Program-made: the position numbers and the translations under genes
NCBI GenBank assembly: GCA_036172245.1
Contig: JAYWIR010000005.1
Span: forward strand, 744,001-808,000
Direction of reading: 5' to 3'
Source: Raillietiella orientalis
Taxonomy: Eukaryota
DNA length: 64,000 nucleotides
The notes under the pieces: model-generated
Told to the model about the DNA's origin: nothing
Database searches by the model: none
Seen by the model: only the letters and a program-made list of their open reading frames with translations
In this document: positions 47,360-61,350 of the stretch, piece by piece
Position numbering within the stretch: the first letter of the stretch is position 1
Layout of the letters: every line of letters begins with the position of its first letter

Positions 47360-50300
47360 GAAAAGGTACCTGCGCTAGAGAGAAAGAGAAGAAATCGGGA
47401 TGCTGGAGAAGATGAACCTGACGACGGAAAACAACCGCCATCGAATGCGCGGGCAACTTCCATGGACTAAAGCGTGCAGTCTGCCTATTCTCGTACATGC
47501 AGTACGGGGGGAGGAAGCTGAGGGAACGAGCGTAACGGAAGATCCACCATCAACACCTCCTTCCCGCTGAGCATCGAGAGCAGTGCCAGAGAAGGTGCCT
47601 GAACTGGAACGTGAAAAAGAACATCGGGATGCTGGAGAAGATGAACCTGACAACAGAGATCTCCAACTTCCGTCACAAAGATCGGGACTACCAGGCCTCA
47701 GGGCAAGTGATGAAAGTATTCCGCCACCACTACACTGAGTTGCTCAAGAAAAGCGAAGTTGGCCAGAGATTCGACGGGTCGTGGAGCGAAGGAATCCCAG
47801 ACTACGAGGTTCCATGGACAAAGACTTCAAGGACGAGATTGTCAAGGAGGATTTCCGTAAACCGCGCAAGGACGGGGCGGAGGACCCTGATAGACGGCTC
47901 AGCATCCACTGCCAGAAGTTCCTGAGAACTCCCCTGCACCTGCTTCGTCAGCTGCTGATCCGAGTCCAGGAAGAAGGAAATTTCCCCACTCCTTCATCGG
48001 TGCAGGATGAGACTCCCGCCGAAGGGCGATCTCCGGTGCGCCACCCAGCCAAGACCAACCTCCGTCCTCAACAGCGGTGCAAAGTGGGTGACTAAAAACT
48101 AAAAAAATCTCCCTAGGAAACATCTTGGATGGCCGGTTTCTTCCACGCAGACGTGCGTCCTCCTAGGAGAGCTCTTGTGCAAGAAAAAAAAGTGAGCCCA
48201 ACCTCGCCAAGAATACAAACATTTCCTAGGAAACGACCTGGTGCTGGGCCTCACCGATATGGACTCGGTCGATCACACAGTGCTGCTGAGAATCCTGCGG
48301 AAGGCGGAGGAATCTCAGAGGGAAATCCCGGCGCACGTGGAGGCCACTAGGACACTCCGGGAAAGATCAGGTTCGAGATTTCGATCCGTGGTTCGGCACC
48401 CGAAGATATAAGATTTTACGTGCCTGTCCTGTGTGTTTTGTTTCTGAACTTATCTCCCTTATCATCAAAGTTGTGCATGCATTACACGAGACTCGTGTCA
48501 TGAGCGTTTAATTTTTGCATTGGCGCACCAATTGGAGTGCACCTCTTCAACCTTTATTGTGCTTTCAACGTACACTTATAAAACATTTGGCTAGGAATAT
48601 TCAGATTTCGTGTTGCATCGAATGCACTCGTGATACACGTGCGTGCGTTCCTCGGTGTCGTCGAGTCCATGAAGAGAGAGGATTCGGGCGTGAAAATCAA
48701 TGCCCAGAAAAGTCACCTGTTATTCATCGGAATCCTGGACCTCCCACTCCAACGGAGGAAGGATTCCGAGTGGCGGAAGAGGTGAAGTACCTGGACATCC
48801 ACCTTGGCGACTCCTCCCTATCGCAAAAGTTGTGGAAGGAAATCCTGAGGAAAACTTAAGAGGAGCCAAGTACACCCGGGTCGACTTTAACATGAAGCGG
48901 AGGGCCATCTGGTGGAATGGCGTTCTGCATCCCAAGGTGCTCTACGGATCCTCCTGCAGAATCGGCAAGAAGAACCGAGAAGAAATCGAAAACCTTCAAA
49001 GGAAGATCTTGTGGAGGGAATACAGGTCGAGGGTCAAGCTTTCAAACTTTTATGCCCCCCTCGAGAGGCAGGCGGGACCGGAATGAAGCCGTTAGAGCAC
49101 TCCGTGGACCATGAGCTCGCGGCAACTTTTGCAACTCAACTTTGCTCAGCCTTTCGCAGCGCACAGAGCCTACTAGAAGTTGTTGAACAACTCGAGTGGT
49201 CTCATGTCTGAATTTTGACAGGCGCCACTGGGGAGTGGGGGAACATCGACCCCACTTAGAAAAGAAAACAGGCTTGAATTGGTGAGGCTTCACCAATTCA
49301 AGATCGTGCATAGGAGCAAAGAGGTCTGGGATGAAAAACTGGACCTGGTGATACCCTACTTTGTCCCCGTTCCATCTGGATATACCGGAGGAAAAGGTTG
49401 AAAATCGAACAGTTCGTCACCAGTAGGAATCGCCACCAAGCGCGACTGTTTCTCTGCAGCATGGAAATCAAAGCGACATTTAGTTACCGAACATGGGAGC
49501 TTTGGAAGCAGCTGCCACATCAAACGTGGCTGTTGATGATCAAAGCCAACATGAAAGAAGCAATTTTGAAGAAACATCAAGACGACGTCCCCGATGCAGC
49601 CTCGAGGTCCTACAGACTTGCTCACGCAAACGTGCAGGCGGTCGGAACCTTCCTTCGGGCACTCAGGATGACCTCCTGTTCTATCACGGAGGGATCCTGA
49701 TTGGTTCCAGACTGCGACACTGGACCGAAAACATCCAGGACGGACTCTGCAAGGCGTGTGGAGCGGAAGAAATGCAACTCCATGCGTTCACTTGCTCCAC
49801 GCCCCTACCTGATTGGCAGGCAATGAAGGCAGTGACCGGCCTGCAAAGAAGCAAGAAGTTAGAAATTCTGGCGGACTTGTTTCAGGGGAACGGAAACGCT
49901 GCCCTGTACAACCCGATGGTTCGAACCACGCATATCCTCTTCATCACAGCAATCGTGATAAGAAGGGCAAAGATGCACACATGCTGAAGAGGAGCACCAG
50001 ATTTAGAAATCTTGAAAGCACTCGTGCAGAAAGAGATAGGGGGTCAGGAACTGCGGAACGACCCCGCCTAAACATATCTTTATATCTTGAGGAAGATTGA
50101 AGATTACGTCCAGGCAAAAGGAACAATCCCTCCCTCTCCTACCCTGAACCCAGACTCCAGAAGACGCGCAAGTGGGAAAGTAAAAGTGACGCGAAATAAA
50201 CAGTGCAAAAACAGTGAAGTTATTGGTGAAGAAAACATTGAAAAGGCGGAAAGACTCAAAGTTGTTTGTTAAAAGTCAAAAGTTTGTTTTAATAAATCCA
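47360..50300 (+). mobile_element. Decayed L1/Tx1-like retrotransposon ORF2 (RT, thumb, zinc finger), family C
   Basis: Ordered frameshifted motifs: GNFPTPS, RPTSVLNSGAKWVTK (cf. RPISLLN.DYK), STQTCVL, DSVDHTVLLRIL (cf. KAFDSV.H), EKS..VKYLDIHL, RKILW..SRVKLSNFYAP, CKACGAEEMQLHAFTC; AATAAA near 50291. The central QG/YADD part appears lost or replaced around 48400-48660. Confidence 0.8.
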
Positions 50301-50589
50301 CCCCACTGCTTGTCGGACCAGGGAACAATCGTGATACACCTAAGATAATGTTCTCAAATTGAAAACAAATGCCTCAGAATTTTCTGCATATGTAAATTTT
50401 CGTTATCGAATACGTCTGAAGTGAAAGAGGAATACTTATCAAACTTTAACCTGCAAATATTTGATGGAAATTCTGCAAATGACAAGGTTTTTTTGAAGAA
50501 GTCTACCAGAGTTTAACGATCCCATTGATACTTCTGCAGCTGGAAAGACCTAGAGGATATCAAAATATTTCCATCAAAGGTACCAAAAA

Positions 50590-51860
50590 AAAAAAAGAAT
50601 CCAAGGTACCCTGTTTCATTGAAAGACTTGGTGGTTATGCATCCCGATGGAGGTCTCAGCCCCCTGAAGCTGGAGCCGATGGAGCGACGGCTCCGATTTC
50701 GAAGACTGGCCCTAGAAGACCGACTACTGGACGATACCCTGGTGTGTCCCTGCATGCATCTTCTGCAAGCAGCCGACTCCGAGGGATTGTCAACTTTCCT
50801 TGTGTGTGGCCATCGAAGCCTGGGTCAATCTGGGTGTCAGCTTCGGCAGATGGTTGGCTTCGTGCAAAACTCCCGTATCTGCTTCCCACGAACTGCAGTC
50901 GCTTTCTGGATGCAGGAAACGGTTCCGATGGGGGCAAAAACCCGTAAGACGATCTCGGAGCAATTCGCGTGCTTGCAGCTCTCCAAGTACTCCCGTTGCT
51001 CGTTACAGGGGATCACGAGCGACCTCAGGAAGACCGCATGGACTTTAAGAACCCCCCTTACCTCAGTTCTGCCCTCCAGAAGGGAAGCAAGTGACAGTGA
51101 CCTACAGGCAAGGTGAGAGGTGACCTACAGCATTAGAGCGAAGAAGAAACCTCTTGATGGATGGCCCGCACATCAACTGGCCGCCGCTACGACCCTGAGT
51201 GCCCCACCCAAAGAACTGACCCTCTGAGCCAAGCTCCTGGAGATTCTCCCCAAAGAGCTGGCATTACCCGCAGTAATCATGCACAGTTCTACCCTGCCCC
51301 TAAAGTGGCAGGGGTCGAGGCTGCTCATGTTAAACTGAGGTCTCCCATGCAATGCTAGCTGGAATCATTGGACCAAGGGGAGTGTGGGGTCAGATGCAGT
51401 GAAGCGAAAAGCTCCCGTAACCTGTCAAGTTGATAGTGTCGCCTTCGAAGTGCATGGGGATGTCTTTCTGAATCCTCGAGATTCCCGATGGACAACCCGA
51501 AGGGGTTTCTGAAACGCCTCTTCGTGCTTGGAACAAAAGCCGCCTGTCACGGCGATCCCAGCTTTGTGCTGTTCCTGAAGAGTCGAGGATATGGGAAGGC
51601 ACTCTGAAAGGAACATTAAGATTAGCAGGGACGTCATCCCCACCGTGCTCTCTTTCCTGATGACTGGAAGAAGACGGCTCCCATTCAAGCTACAAGGTTC
51701 TCCTTGCCTGTACCATGGAGAATGCTGAGGATGCTAGGGAGGTTCCTGCAAGCGCTTCTCTTGTCCCCTCCCTCCCTCCCTCTCCACAGTTTTTTTAAGA
51801 ATATTTTTTTCTTCTTTTCTTTCGGCTTACTACTTTTCAATTTTTTTCTTCTCATGCTGA
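50590..51860 (+). mobile_element. Family A diverged copy (thumb to 3' UTR T-tract)
   Basis: HPDGGLSPLKLE (thumb motif); *GLPCNASWNHWTKGSVG..VRC matches WGVPCNVRRHHWTRGSVD..VRC; followed by C-rich then T-rich tracts as in other family A copies. Confidence 0.65.
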
Positions 51861-52169
51861 CCTCTCTGGGCAATTTGCTTACGACCTGAAACGCCTCCAG
51901 AACACGTGCCGACACAGCGGGGTTAGTAATACAACTAAGAAAGAATTCCCTTTCCTTTTTGTGTGACTGTTCACTTCTACACATGGTTTTACAATGAAGG
52001 TTCTGGAGTGACCGGGTGAAAATAGAACGACGTTGGCCCTCCGGCGGCGGAGCACCGCAGCAGTCGAGAGAGCTTTCTGGCTCTGACCTTCGTTTCGGAA
52101 ACGACGATGCTGCGCACGGCGAAGACCGCGAAATCCCGAAACGTCGAAGTTGTACTGAACCAACGGCGC

Positions 52170-54250
52170 GACGACACTAGGGTATCCCTCTCAACAGCGG
52201 ATGCTGGGTGTCCTCGTTCACGATGAGATTCTCGAAGGACGAGTGGGTTCCCCTGATTTCTAAGGTGTCGCAGGGGGGATGGGGAAGGGATAGGGGGTTG
52301 GAAACGACTCTGCAACCTGCCCTTTCACTCATCTTGCTAAAGGCCTCTGTGCTCCTCTTCTGCCCCTTCGGCCAAAGCAAAGCAGGCAGAGAAGGTTCAT
52401 TCTCTGCCAGTTGTGGACCATCAGCTCATTTTCCAAGGTCTTCCCGTCTTGGCGAGGTTGCGGGCGTCGCAAAAGGATGCATTAGCCGCGTCTCCTCCTT
52501 TATCGAAAAGTTCCCCCTAAGGCTATTCTATGGCGCAAAGACGTATCGAAATGAGAGCTCCTCAAGACGCTGAACGGAGGAGGGGCACTGGATTGAAAGA
52601 AGCGAAGGTCAGCAGCTGCCGTCCACCCCTCATGCTCTTCGCAACGGAGGAAATCCTCCGCGGACTGGCAGGGAGCTTTCAATTTGTTCCCCGTTCTTCT
52701 ACCCTCCGAGGAGGGAAAGAATCGCATAAGTCGGGTTCACCATCATCCTCAGCTGGTCCTCCAGCAAGCGAGGATTCTTCGAGAACTCCATCCTGCGCCA
52801 CCATCACGACAGAGTCACCTTCGACTTCAGGACGATGGCCTTGCTCTCGAAAAGCAGTGTACTACCTCTCCTTGTTGGCAGCTGTTGCTGCTGCTGATAA
52901 AGGCAAGATGGGTACCGCAGGCAAGGAAAATCTGTCTGTCTGTGTTGCCAGTGATCTCTCCAGAAAGGAAACGAGACGTGAGAGCAGCGCTCCTTGAAGG
53001 ACGCGCGATTCTTTACGGCAAGAAAGCTAGAGACAGCTCTCTCCTTTCCTCCTCCCACATCTGAGCTCTGAATCGAGATACTTTCTCTTTTCCTGGCTGC
53101 TCCATGTACGGCCTGCGCTGTAATTTCACTCTCGGGGAAGGCGTGGTGGGAGAAGCTTTGCGCCATTGGCGTTCCTTCACCCTCCTTATTCCTTCTGCGT
53201 CCTCTGGACCGCTTGACATCGACCACACGCCCTGAAGCAACTAGACGGTCCCTTTACTCCTTCCTAATCCCGAACGCATTCCTCAAGGTATGTGTGGCGC
53301 TTGGTAACACGTGCCAGAATGTGTCCCTAAGAAGGGAAGAGAGAAGAAAAAGGAGGCCGCTGTTCGCGACACAGTCGTCGGGGGTAGCTGAAAACCACTG
53401 CAAGATTTCAGGAGTGCGTCAGGGTTGTCACCATGGGAACTCCCAAGAACTCTGCATGTTTGACGCCCCTGTCAAACAAAGAAAAGGCACCTAGTCCCCT
53501 TGATGTTCACCATAGGACTGCGAAGGAACCTCCAACAGACCTCTTCCCACCCCTCTTCCATGGGATCCATGCGGTACGGAAAGACCTATCCGGAAGTCAC
53601 CGAAGAGGGAGGGTTTCCCATCCATGTTATCCTCGTCTTCCTTTTCACTCCTTTTCGTTTCACAACGGGGCAGAGATGTTGCTGCTGAGTGCGAGCTGGG
53701 CAGCACGCCCACTAGAGATGGGCAATTCTGCGCGCCCCCTCTTCGCGGATCTTAGAGGAGCTGCTGACGAATAGAAAGGTCTTTGCGTTCCGCGGCACAG
53801 ATTCTTCCTGCGGGAAGATCCCGGAAGGGCAGGAAAAGCCAATTCCCACCACCTCCCTAGAGGGATTGACGAACGGAAGAAACACAAACAGCCTAGCAAG
53901 CCTAGCATCACCGCGATTCAAAGAAAGAACGCGTCCTGTCACAGATCATCTACCACTGCAACAGCGGTACCTGCGACCATCCTAGGAGCTCCTGCCCCGT
54001 CGTATTGCAACCTTTTTCCTGCTTCGGCGATGCACCGGTCACCCGGGAGCCAAGGGAGCGTCTGCAAAAAGGTGATCCCTGCAACCTTTCCGCTCATCCC
54101 GAAGTAGAGAGGTTTCCAGGGCGGGGCACCCTTCAAACACCTCGAGCGACTGCTCACACTTCTATGCGATCCGACACCGACTTTCTGCCTCACGCCTTTC
54201 CCTTAAGAGATGAGCTCTCTAGGGATCTCTGAATTTACTGATCCACCACA
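52170..54250 (-). mobile_element. Possible ORF1/endonuclease relic of a non-LTR retrotransposon
   Basis: Degenerate CCHC knuckle (S)GTCYQAPHIP-EEC (needs a 1-nt indel, ~53275-53320) and IALGGTF (cf. IIGGDFN, ~52510-52530), in the expected order. Confidence 0.3.
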
Positions 54251-54497
54251 GTGCGCCTTACGAGCGCCTGCAGCAAATTCACTGCCATGCACGTGTCTAA
54301 TCAACTTGGGCTGCCTGGTGCATCACAAACAATTCTGATGGAGTGCTTGCTATGCAATTTTTTACCGAGTTCTCTGGTTTGGGAAATGACCAACACACTG
54401 TTGACTATGAAGAATAGTTTTAGCATACGCAACTTTCGGATCAACGATACGCATTCACTGCAACATCAGTAAAGTGCTTCAATTTTAAGACTGCTTA

Positions 54498-57400
54498 TCA
54501 CATCATTTTCTGCCACAATTTGTTAGAATTCTTCAGAATGGTTCTATGTTTCTGCAATGGCTTTTTGGTGATCTTTTCGATCTGAATCGCTTCTCTGCCT
54601 TCTAAATTTAGCATTTCTTCTCCATCTTGACTTTGTTGCTTGAGAGTCTTTTTGACATTGTTTATCTGAAATTCAGAGGCAGATTAGCAGTCATTTATCA
54701 CACATTCGTGTATACATTGAACCCTGCCTCACTTATCTCTACAAGCTGGCAACTGAAAGGATACTTGACATAGCTATGGAGCGTTTAAATGCAATCTCCC
54801 GCGATTCTTTTAACACACAAGGCAGACATGAGTAGCCATTACCTCTATTCCTTTGTACTTGCGAGTAAACATTCAAGTTGCAGATTCACATTAAAACACA
54901 TATCTGACAAAATAATTTTATGGTGGCAGTACTGTATCATATTGAGTGAATGCGCAGCACAACTGCATTCACAAAAATTGACGAACAAAGAAAACTGCTT
55001 AGTTTATAAGATGGATTATATAACATCAAAAAAGATAGTAACAAGACAAACCTCCTGTTCAATTGCTGCTTTCTCTTTTATTCTCCTATCTTTTTCTGCA
55101 TTGGCCCAGACGATGTTGGAATCAATACTCTCCAGAAGAACTTCACATATACTGCACCACTCCTCCAAAGTGTTTATTATAACAGGCAAATGACTACTCT
55201 CAACATCCCTTCCAATTGTATTGTCTATTTCCAATTGATTATTTTTTGGATCTAGCTTCCCATGAATCACACCTATTGAAAGAGAATTAGGGCATTCATT
55301 ATGAGTATTTTACAAAAAGGGCAATTGGGATATTTTAAGGAAACACTTGAAACAAGCAACATTAATTATTTAGTATTCTTGCAAAACAAAAAAATGATCA
55401 TGCATGTTCCAAAAACGAAATTTAATTTTGCTATTTATTTGAAGTGCACGAGAACAAAAGTAAGGACAAGTAAGGTCTAGTACAGAATGCTGCAATTTAA
55501 AAATTTTTCAAAAAATTTACAAATTAGGTCATTTATCCTGCAACTCTTACCAGACTGATGGTCTCATGATACATGATTAAACTTACTAGAACTTTTGATC
55601 ACTGTCAACGGCTCATATACTAATTTTTCCATAAGAGTTTCGATAATTTATTTGAATTCATTCAATGGTTAGAGAAGTTGTCTCAAAAACAAAAAACAAG
55701 TAAGCAACCAGTTTCAAATCTCCAATGTAAGATTTTTTGTTGGTAAAATTTATCAACCAAAGGAAGAAGAAACCAGTACTAATAGACACAAAATGCATTG
55801 CACAGTCTTTCACCTTAGTGAATCAAAAATTGATGCAAACACACAGAAAAGCATATGGGGATTTGTAAATTTATTTGCACAAAATTAATGCTGGTATACA
55901 CCTAATCTGCCCTATTTGCTCTCCTAAATATGTACAACATACTGCCTCTTCACAACTTGGAACTTTGTCTGTGTCATTCTTCCTATGTTTGGCTTTACAA
56001 AGCACCGTTATACATCCTCTGATCTAAGAACCAGTTTAGAAAGATATGTATTTTTGTTACTGCTTTATCATGCATGCACCTAAAAATGTGGTAATATATC
56101 TGATGAGACCTCATTACTTTTCTTCCATTCCAACAGAGTCAAGAAACCAACTAGGTGCTGTAAGTGAAGAATTTTAGTTGCGGAAATTGCCCAACAACAT
56201 TAGAATTTCAAAATTAGAACTTCATGAATAGAGATGTCTTTAAGTACAGAGACGTGCAAGTTATTAATTTGATATAAGAATTTCTGGTTCGATTAATAAT
56301 TGTTAATTTTTTGTGAGCTACTGTTAGTAAAATAGAATTAGGTACTCTAATATAAATAGTGGATATTAAAAGATAGGGAAGGGGACTTATATGGGGACTT
56401 TGCATTTCAAACACCTAGTTGCCAAGAAGATTCATGTTAACCAAATCTGTGCAGATTCAATGAGCTACAGATTCATGAGCATGCTGCCTACACAAACCAT
56501 ACAATACAAGGCTCAGTGCAAAGAATCATATACAAAATGAATGTAAATGTGCTTCTTTAGATGTCTTCTATTGAACTGTCAGTTAACATTAAAAAATCCA
56601 TTCATAAATGCTCAGGTCTAATTGATTGATCAGATCTTCAAATTATCCTAATTCTAAGTTCCCAGACATTATCAAAAACAACTTTATGCATTTTGTCCAC
56701 TGAAGGCTTGAAATACATAATGAAACAAACCTGCCTAAAGGAATGCACCATACTCTTTTATACATCCAGTATCCTTTTATTTCAACGAGCATTTTCGAAT
56801 AATACATTCATAAATATTAACTATTTGAATAGACTGGGGCAGGAAAGATTCCTTCAAATAATTCTTGTTATATTTTGGAAAACAAACAAACAAACAAACA
56901 TGGATTCAATAGTAATACAAGCACATGTGCACAGAAAAAAATACAACACTAAAAAACTCTTTAAAGCAAAACAATGAGGAAACAAGATCAAGACAAATGG
57001 GTGAGTGTTCTAGGAGACAAAAATCATCAGGATGGCTCCAAAAGATATTCATGATCAGCTATATCTTTCACACACCTGTCTATGGATTTCATGCATTTTA
57101 TTAAATGCAAACAACAAAACAAATATAACACTATGATATACAGATCTTTCAATTCTAATGTGCATTATCCTAGTAGTCAAATATATATATATATATTTGA
57201 AATTTAATGTTTTCATACGTATATACATAAATATAGGTATAAACAGATACAAAAATACGAACTTTCTATGACAAGGAAAAAAGTTAGAAGACATTCTTTT
57301 CTTTCGAAAACTTTCTTTGAAAACCCGTAACAGTACTGCATCAAAATGTGCAAAAAAGAAAAAATCTGTTTCATGTCTAGCATTCTAAAATCGCTGAAGA

Positions 57401-58109
57401 TTCATTTTTATATGTCACATATCAGGCAGAATTCAATCAAAAAGTAAATAAAATTATAAAGATGCTCAAACTGCTCAAAGAAATTTGGAAATCTATTCTC
57501 ATTTTCATATCAGTAATATAATACAAAGCATTTACCAGAATAAATAGCATCAATTACAATATCTTCCATTTTCCTTTTATCATCTAGATCAAGCTCTTCC
57601 ATGAGGAGATCATATGATATTTGCTGCAAAAGAGCATAAATTTCTTATTACTGAAACACAAATGCAAACTAATAATATATGCAAACTCAGAATGCTACAC
57701 AGCTACAATCAAGAACCAGAAACGAATGGGAAAATCCAATACCTTATGTTTTGCAAGTGATACTATCGTCAATTGCCTTAATTTCTTGTCCATGACTGGT
57801 GTCAGGGGTATAAAATATTCCTCATTGTTTTTAAATACTTTGTAAGTTCCAAAGGCAAACAATTTTAGCAAATTATAGTACTGTGAGTAGGGTCCATGCT
57901 GTAACTGTAACACACAACTGTGAATTGAAATTTTGGGGGCTGGAGTCTACCTCGGAAATTTTTGGAATACTCAAGAATTCTCCAAAGACAAAAATTCGTG
58001 GTTCTTCTAGTATTTCAATGATTATTTTTATGATTTCCTCATTATTTGGAGTTTCTTCAAGCAAGGACTGATAGTGTCCCACTTTCGATGCAATACTTTT
58101 CTCACTCAT
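54498..58109 (-). CDS. COPS7: COP9 signalosome subunit 7 (PCI domain), 5 exons (57951-58109, 57743-57904, 57536-57623, 55052-55272, 54498-54665)
   Basis: ILEEPRIFVFGEFL, NLLKLFAFGTY, KKLRQLTIVSLA, ISYDLLMEELD, EDIVIDAIYSGVIHGKLD, IGRD, LEEWC, AIEQEINNVKKTLK. All junctions are GT-AG and in phase. Confidence 0.93.
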
Positions 58110-59599
58110 GTTGAAAAAAAAAAATCTTAGACCATGAAGAAGTTTTGTCTACAAGACTGCAATCTTATAGCATTTCATGTGCTTCGAGTGTAATTCCTGA
58201 TGAAATCAACTCAAAGCAATCGACACACAACAAGTTGTTTAACAAATTTAACTTGAGGTGTTTTCATTATAGAAATCTCGATTTGAAATGACCTTATCTG
58301 TATCACATTCACTGTGGCAATTTCATCTGAAATGAAAGTCATCATGACAATACCAAAACTCTTAAGAGGATTTCCAGCCCTAAACCTGGGATTATTTTTC
58401 CAAACATACCAATCACGATTAGAAAGTTTAACAGGCATTAAATCAGAATGTTAGGCAGAATGCCTTTTTGAGCAGTTGCTCGAGAATGCATACAATTTTT
58501 TCGGATGATACTACCCAGGATTACATTAGAACAATAGACGTGTTACATCCAGGATACAGGAGGAAAATAGAGTAAGGTCCCTTACCACAAAATACATGCT
58601 TGGCACATGAGTACACTAACGGCATTCCCACGCAATGTACAATAATTTTCGCACCGCACTCGTGCAACACTGGTGGCAGCAGAGGTGAAAACCCATGCAG
58701 GTTAACACAAAAGATTTACTGCAGAGCCGACAGTCTAAGATCCCCCGTTGTTTTGAAACCAACGGAAGAATTGGATTCGATAGCATTCCGTGTTTCGTTT
58801 CCGGGCCCCAAACCAAAAAGACATGTACAAAACTTTCTAAATTGTGTACCAACACATACGGTGCCGACTGGAGTGTTTTTTTTTTTGGAACAGTTTCAAG
58901 GGGCCGGGTCCGCAACTTATGCGCGGCTGCTCCCAACATCGCGGTAAACCGAATGGAAATCACGGCCGGAGACTCTTCCTAAGATGGCAGAGGCCCCCCC
59001 TACTCACCTGCCCCCAGGCACGACTTCCAGGTCCCGCAGCAGCCACCTCAGGTTGGCGAGGTACGCGCTGGGGCCAGACCGGCTGGGGCCTGGTTGATTC
59101 ATCAACGGCGCCCTCCCTGCCAACCATTTGTCGGTGTGCATCAATTTGAGTCCTTTTTTTTTAAAAAAATGAAATAAAATAAAATAAGTCTAAAGCAATT
59201 CGCAAACTGTAGAACTCTTGAAATTAAATCGATAAAATGAAATGTACCTGCCAACTGAAAAGCTACTTCCCACTGTACAAGGACAGTGAGCCAACTCGGT
59301 GGAACGAAACGGAAACACAATGTTTTGCAACTTTAGCACCATCCACTCCCCCCCTCCCTTTTTTTTTCTCCTTTTCGTCTTCCTCTTTTTCTGTGTGCGC
59401 TACCCTTCATTTGTTCATCAAGCAAGGCATCCATCCATCTTTTCTGTTTGTCATTGTCCTTCTGAAGATAAGTTTTTCAGCAATCTTTGTTATTACGCTT
59501 GTAAAAATCCAAGGATTCTGAATTTCCTCTTCCCTTAAAAGCCCCTTGTGCTCGTGAAATATTCCTGTGGCGATTCCATTTTATTTCGAAGATCAGAGT

Positions 59600-61350
59600 G
59601 GAGGGTTTACGGTGCCTGCATCCGTCTTAACGACGGAAGCAGACATCGCTTTGCACTTTGGGTTCGGGGAAGGTAAGAGATAGTGCACCTCTTCCCGAAC
59701 GGGGAACGCAGCCAGCGCGGACCGCCAAACAGAGGTCCAGGAAGCGGAAGCTGCGTTTTCGTTTCGTTGCCGGCGGCCAGCGGGAATACAAAGGGAAAAG
59801 CAAGAACCTCGTGCTGCACATCTACCCTCGCGTTTGCCGAAGAAGGCGTGGGAACCAAATTCGAGGTCGATCTGAAGCGCACTTAGGCAGAGCGTCCGCT
59901 TCAAAAAAAAAAGATCCCCACCCGAGGTTCCTTCCACGCGGGATCACAAAAGGATGTTTGTGGACAAGAAGGCTCTTCAGTGGTCGGCGTTTCGAAACTC
60001 GTTCTGTGGTCCCTTGGAGGAGGTCCCGTTCACTTTCAAGGTGAAGGTCTAAAAAGCACATGGAGAATTCTTGCACTGCCTGTTTAAGAAGGCATCTCGT
60101 AGTTTGTTCCATGATGAACGAAAATGTCTGCTTCGTCACCCGAGTATTCATCTATTCAGGAAGCACTATTTGTCAGATCGTTTCTCAAGTTGGCTTCCGA
60201 CCAGAGAACGGAGGTAGGCTGGCATCTTTCCCCCGTAAGCATTTCGTTGCTTCAATGCGACCAGTTGGCTCCGTTGCCAATCTCGAGGTGAGCCCGGAGA
60301 GTGCAAAAATCTCGATCAGGTGAGAGAACCTTCCTTCGTCACTTTGAGAATTCCTGTCAGGGAACTCTCCTTGTCAGCCACTTCTGCAATTTCCCATGAC
60401 TGGAGTTGCATCAATCAATCTTCAACAGTCTACTTGTCTGCCAGAAGGGAAAACTCCTGAATCATTTTTCTGCATTCACTCCAGGACTTGTGCTGATGGC
60501 ACCGCAAGGAAGCAAAAAAAAAGAAAGAAAATAGCTCATAGTTCCCTCTCTCGAACTTTTCCCAACAGTTGTTTGGACGACCACCTGCACTGGTGTGCCA
60601 TTCGATTTTAGCCACATGGGTCCGTTGCGGATGGAGGAAGAAAAGCTTCTTGAGGATTCAGAATAGCGTGTCTTTGCCTCGGAGCATTGCAGCTCTTGGA
60701 CGCGAACGTATCCACGCTAAGCTCCTGGGTTATCCTTGCCGGCACCTGCTGTCTCCTCCTGGGAAAGCAATGTCAGAAAAATCCGTCCCCTTCGAGATAA
60801 GATGCTGGATGGGAAGTGGTAGAACAGGATCTAAATCACACACAGCATCCAATTTCAGTGAGATTACGAGTGAGGGGGGATGGGAAAAAACTTGCCTTTT
60901 TTTTTCTTTTCTTCTTCTTCTTCTTCCTTGTATTCGATGGTTGGCTGGTTCACGTTGCACACCCCGTGATCTGCGTGCCGTTGGAAGCTGCGGATTACGA
61001 CGACTTCTGCTCTTCAGTTTTCCGAAATTAAAAACCACCAGCCGCAGAATGAGGAGCTTTCCGGAAGCTCTCAGGAAGAGCAACCGAAGGTGTTGGAGTA
61101 GCGAACTGCCGCCTTGTTGCCCGGAAGTGTGAGGTCGTCCTGGTGGCAGTGGGGTGGGAGGATCGTAACGCAATATGTCTGAAGGAGAAAGAAACACCCA
61201 GCAAATACGAATTATCATAAACAGCAAAACTGCACTAAGAGGTCTTAGAGACTCCTTAATAGTAAGAAGCTTTCCAATATGAGTTGTGTAATGCTGGTAG
61301 ATGTTATATGCAGTCATAGGCATACATAGGAATAGGATGGCTGCTCAGCC
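59600..61350 (-). mobile_element. Decayed L1/Tx1-like ORF2 fragment
   Basis: Ordered remnants RPLSAVLLF (cf. PLSPLLF), FLRASG..FNFGKLKS (cf. F..SGL.IN..KS) and WRSALAAFPVREEVHYLLPSPNPKCKA (start of zinc-finger region). Confidence 0.55.
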
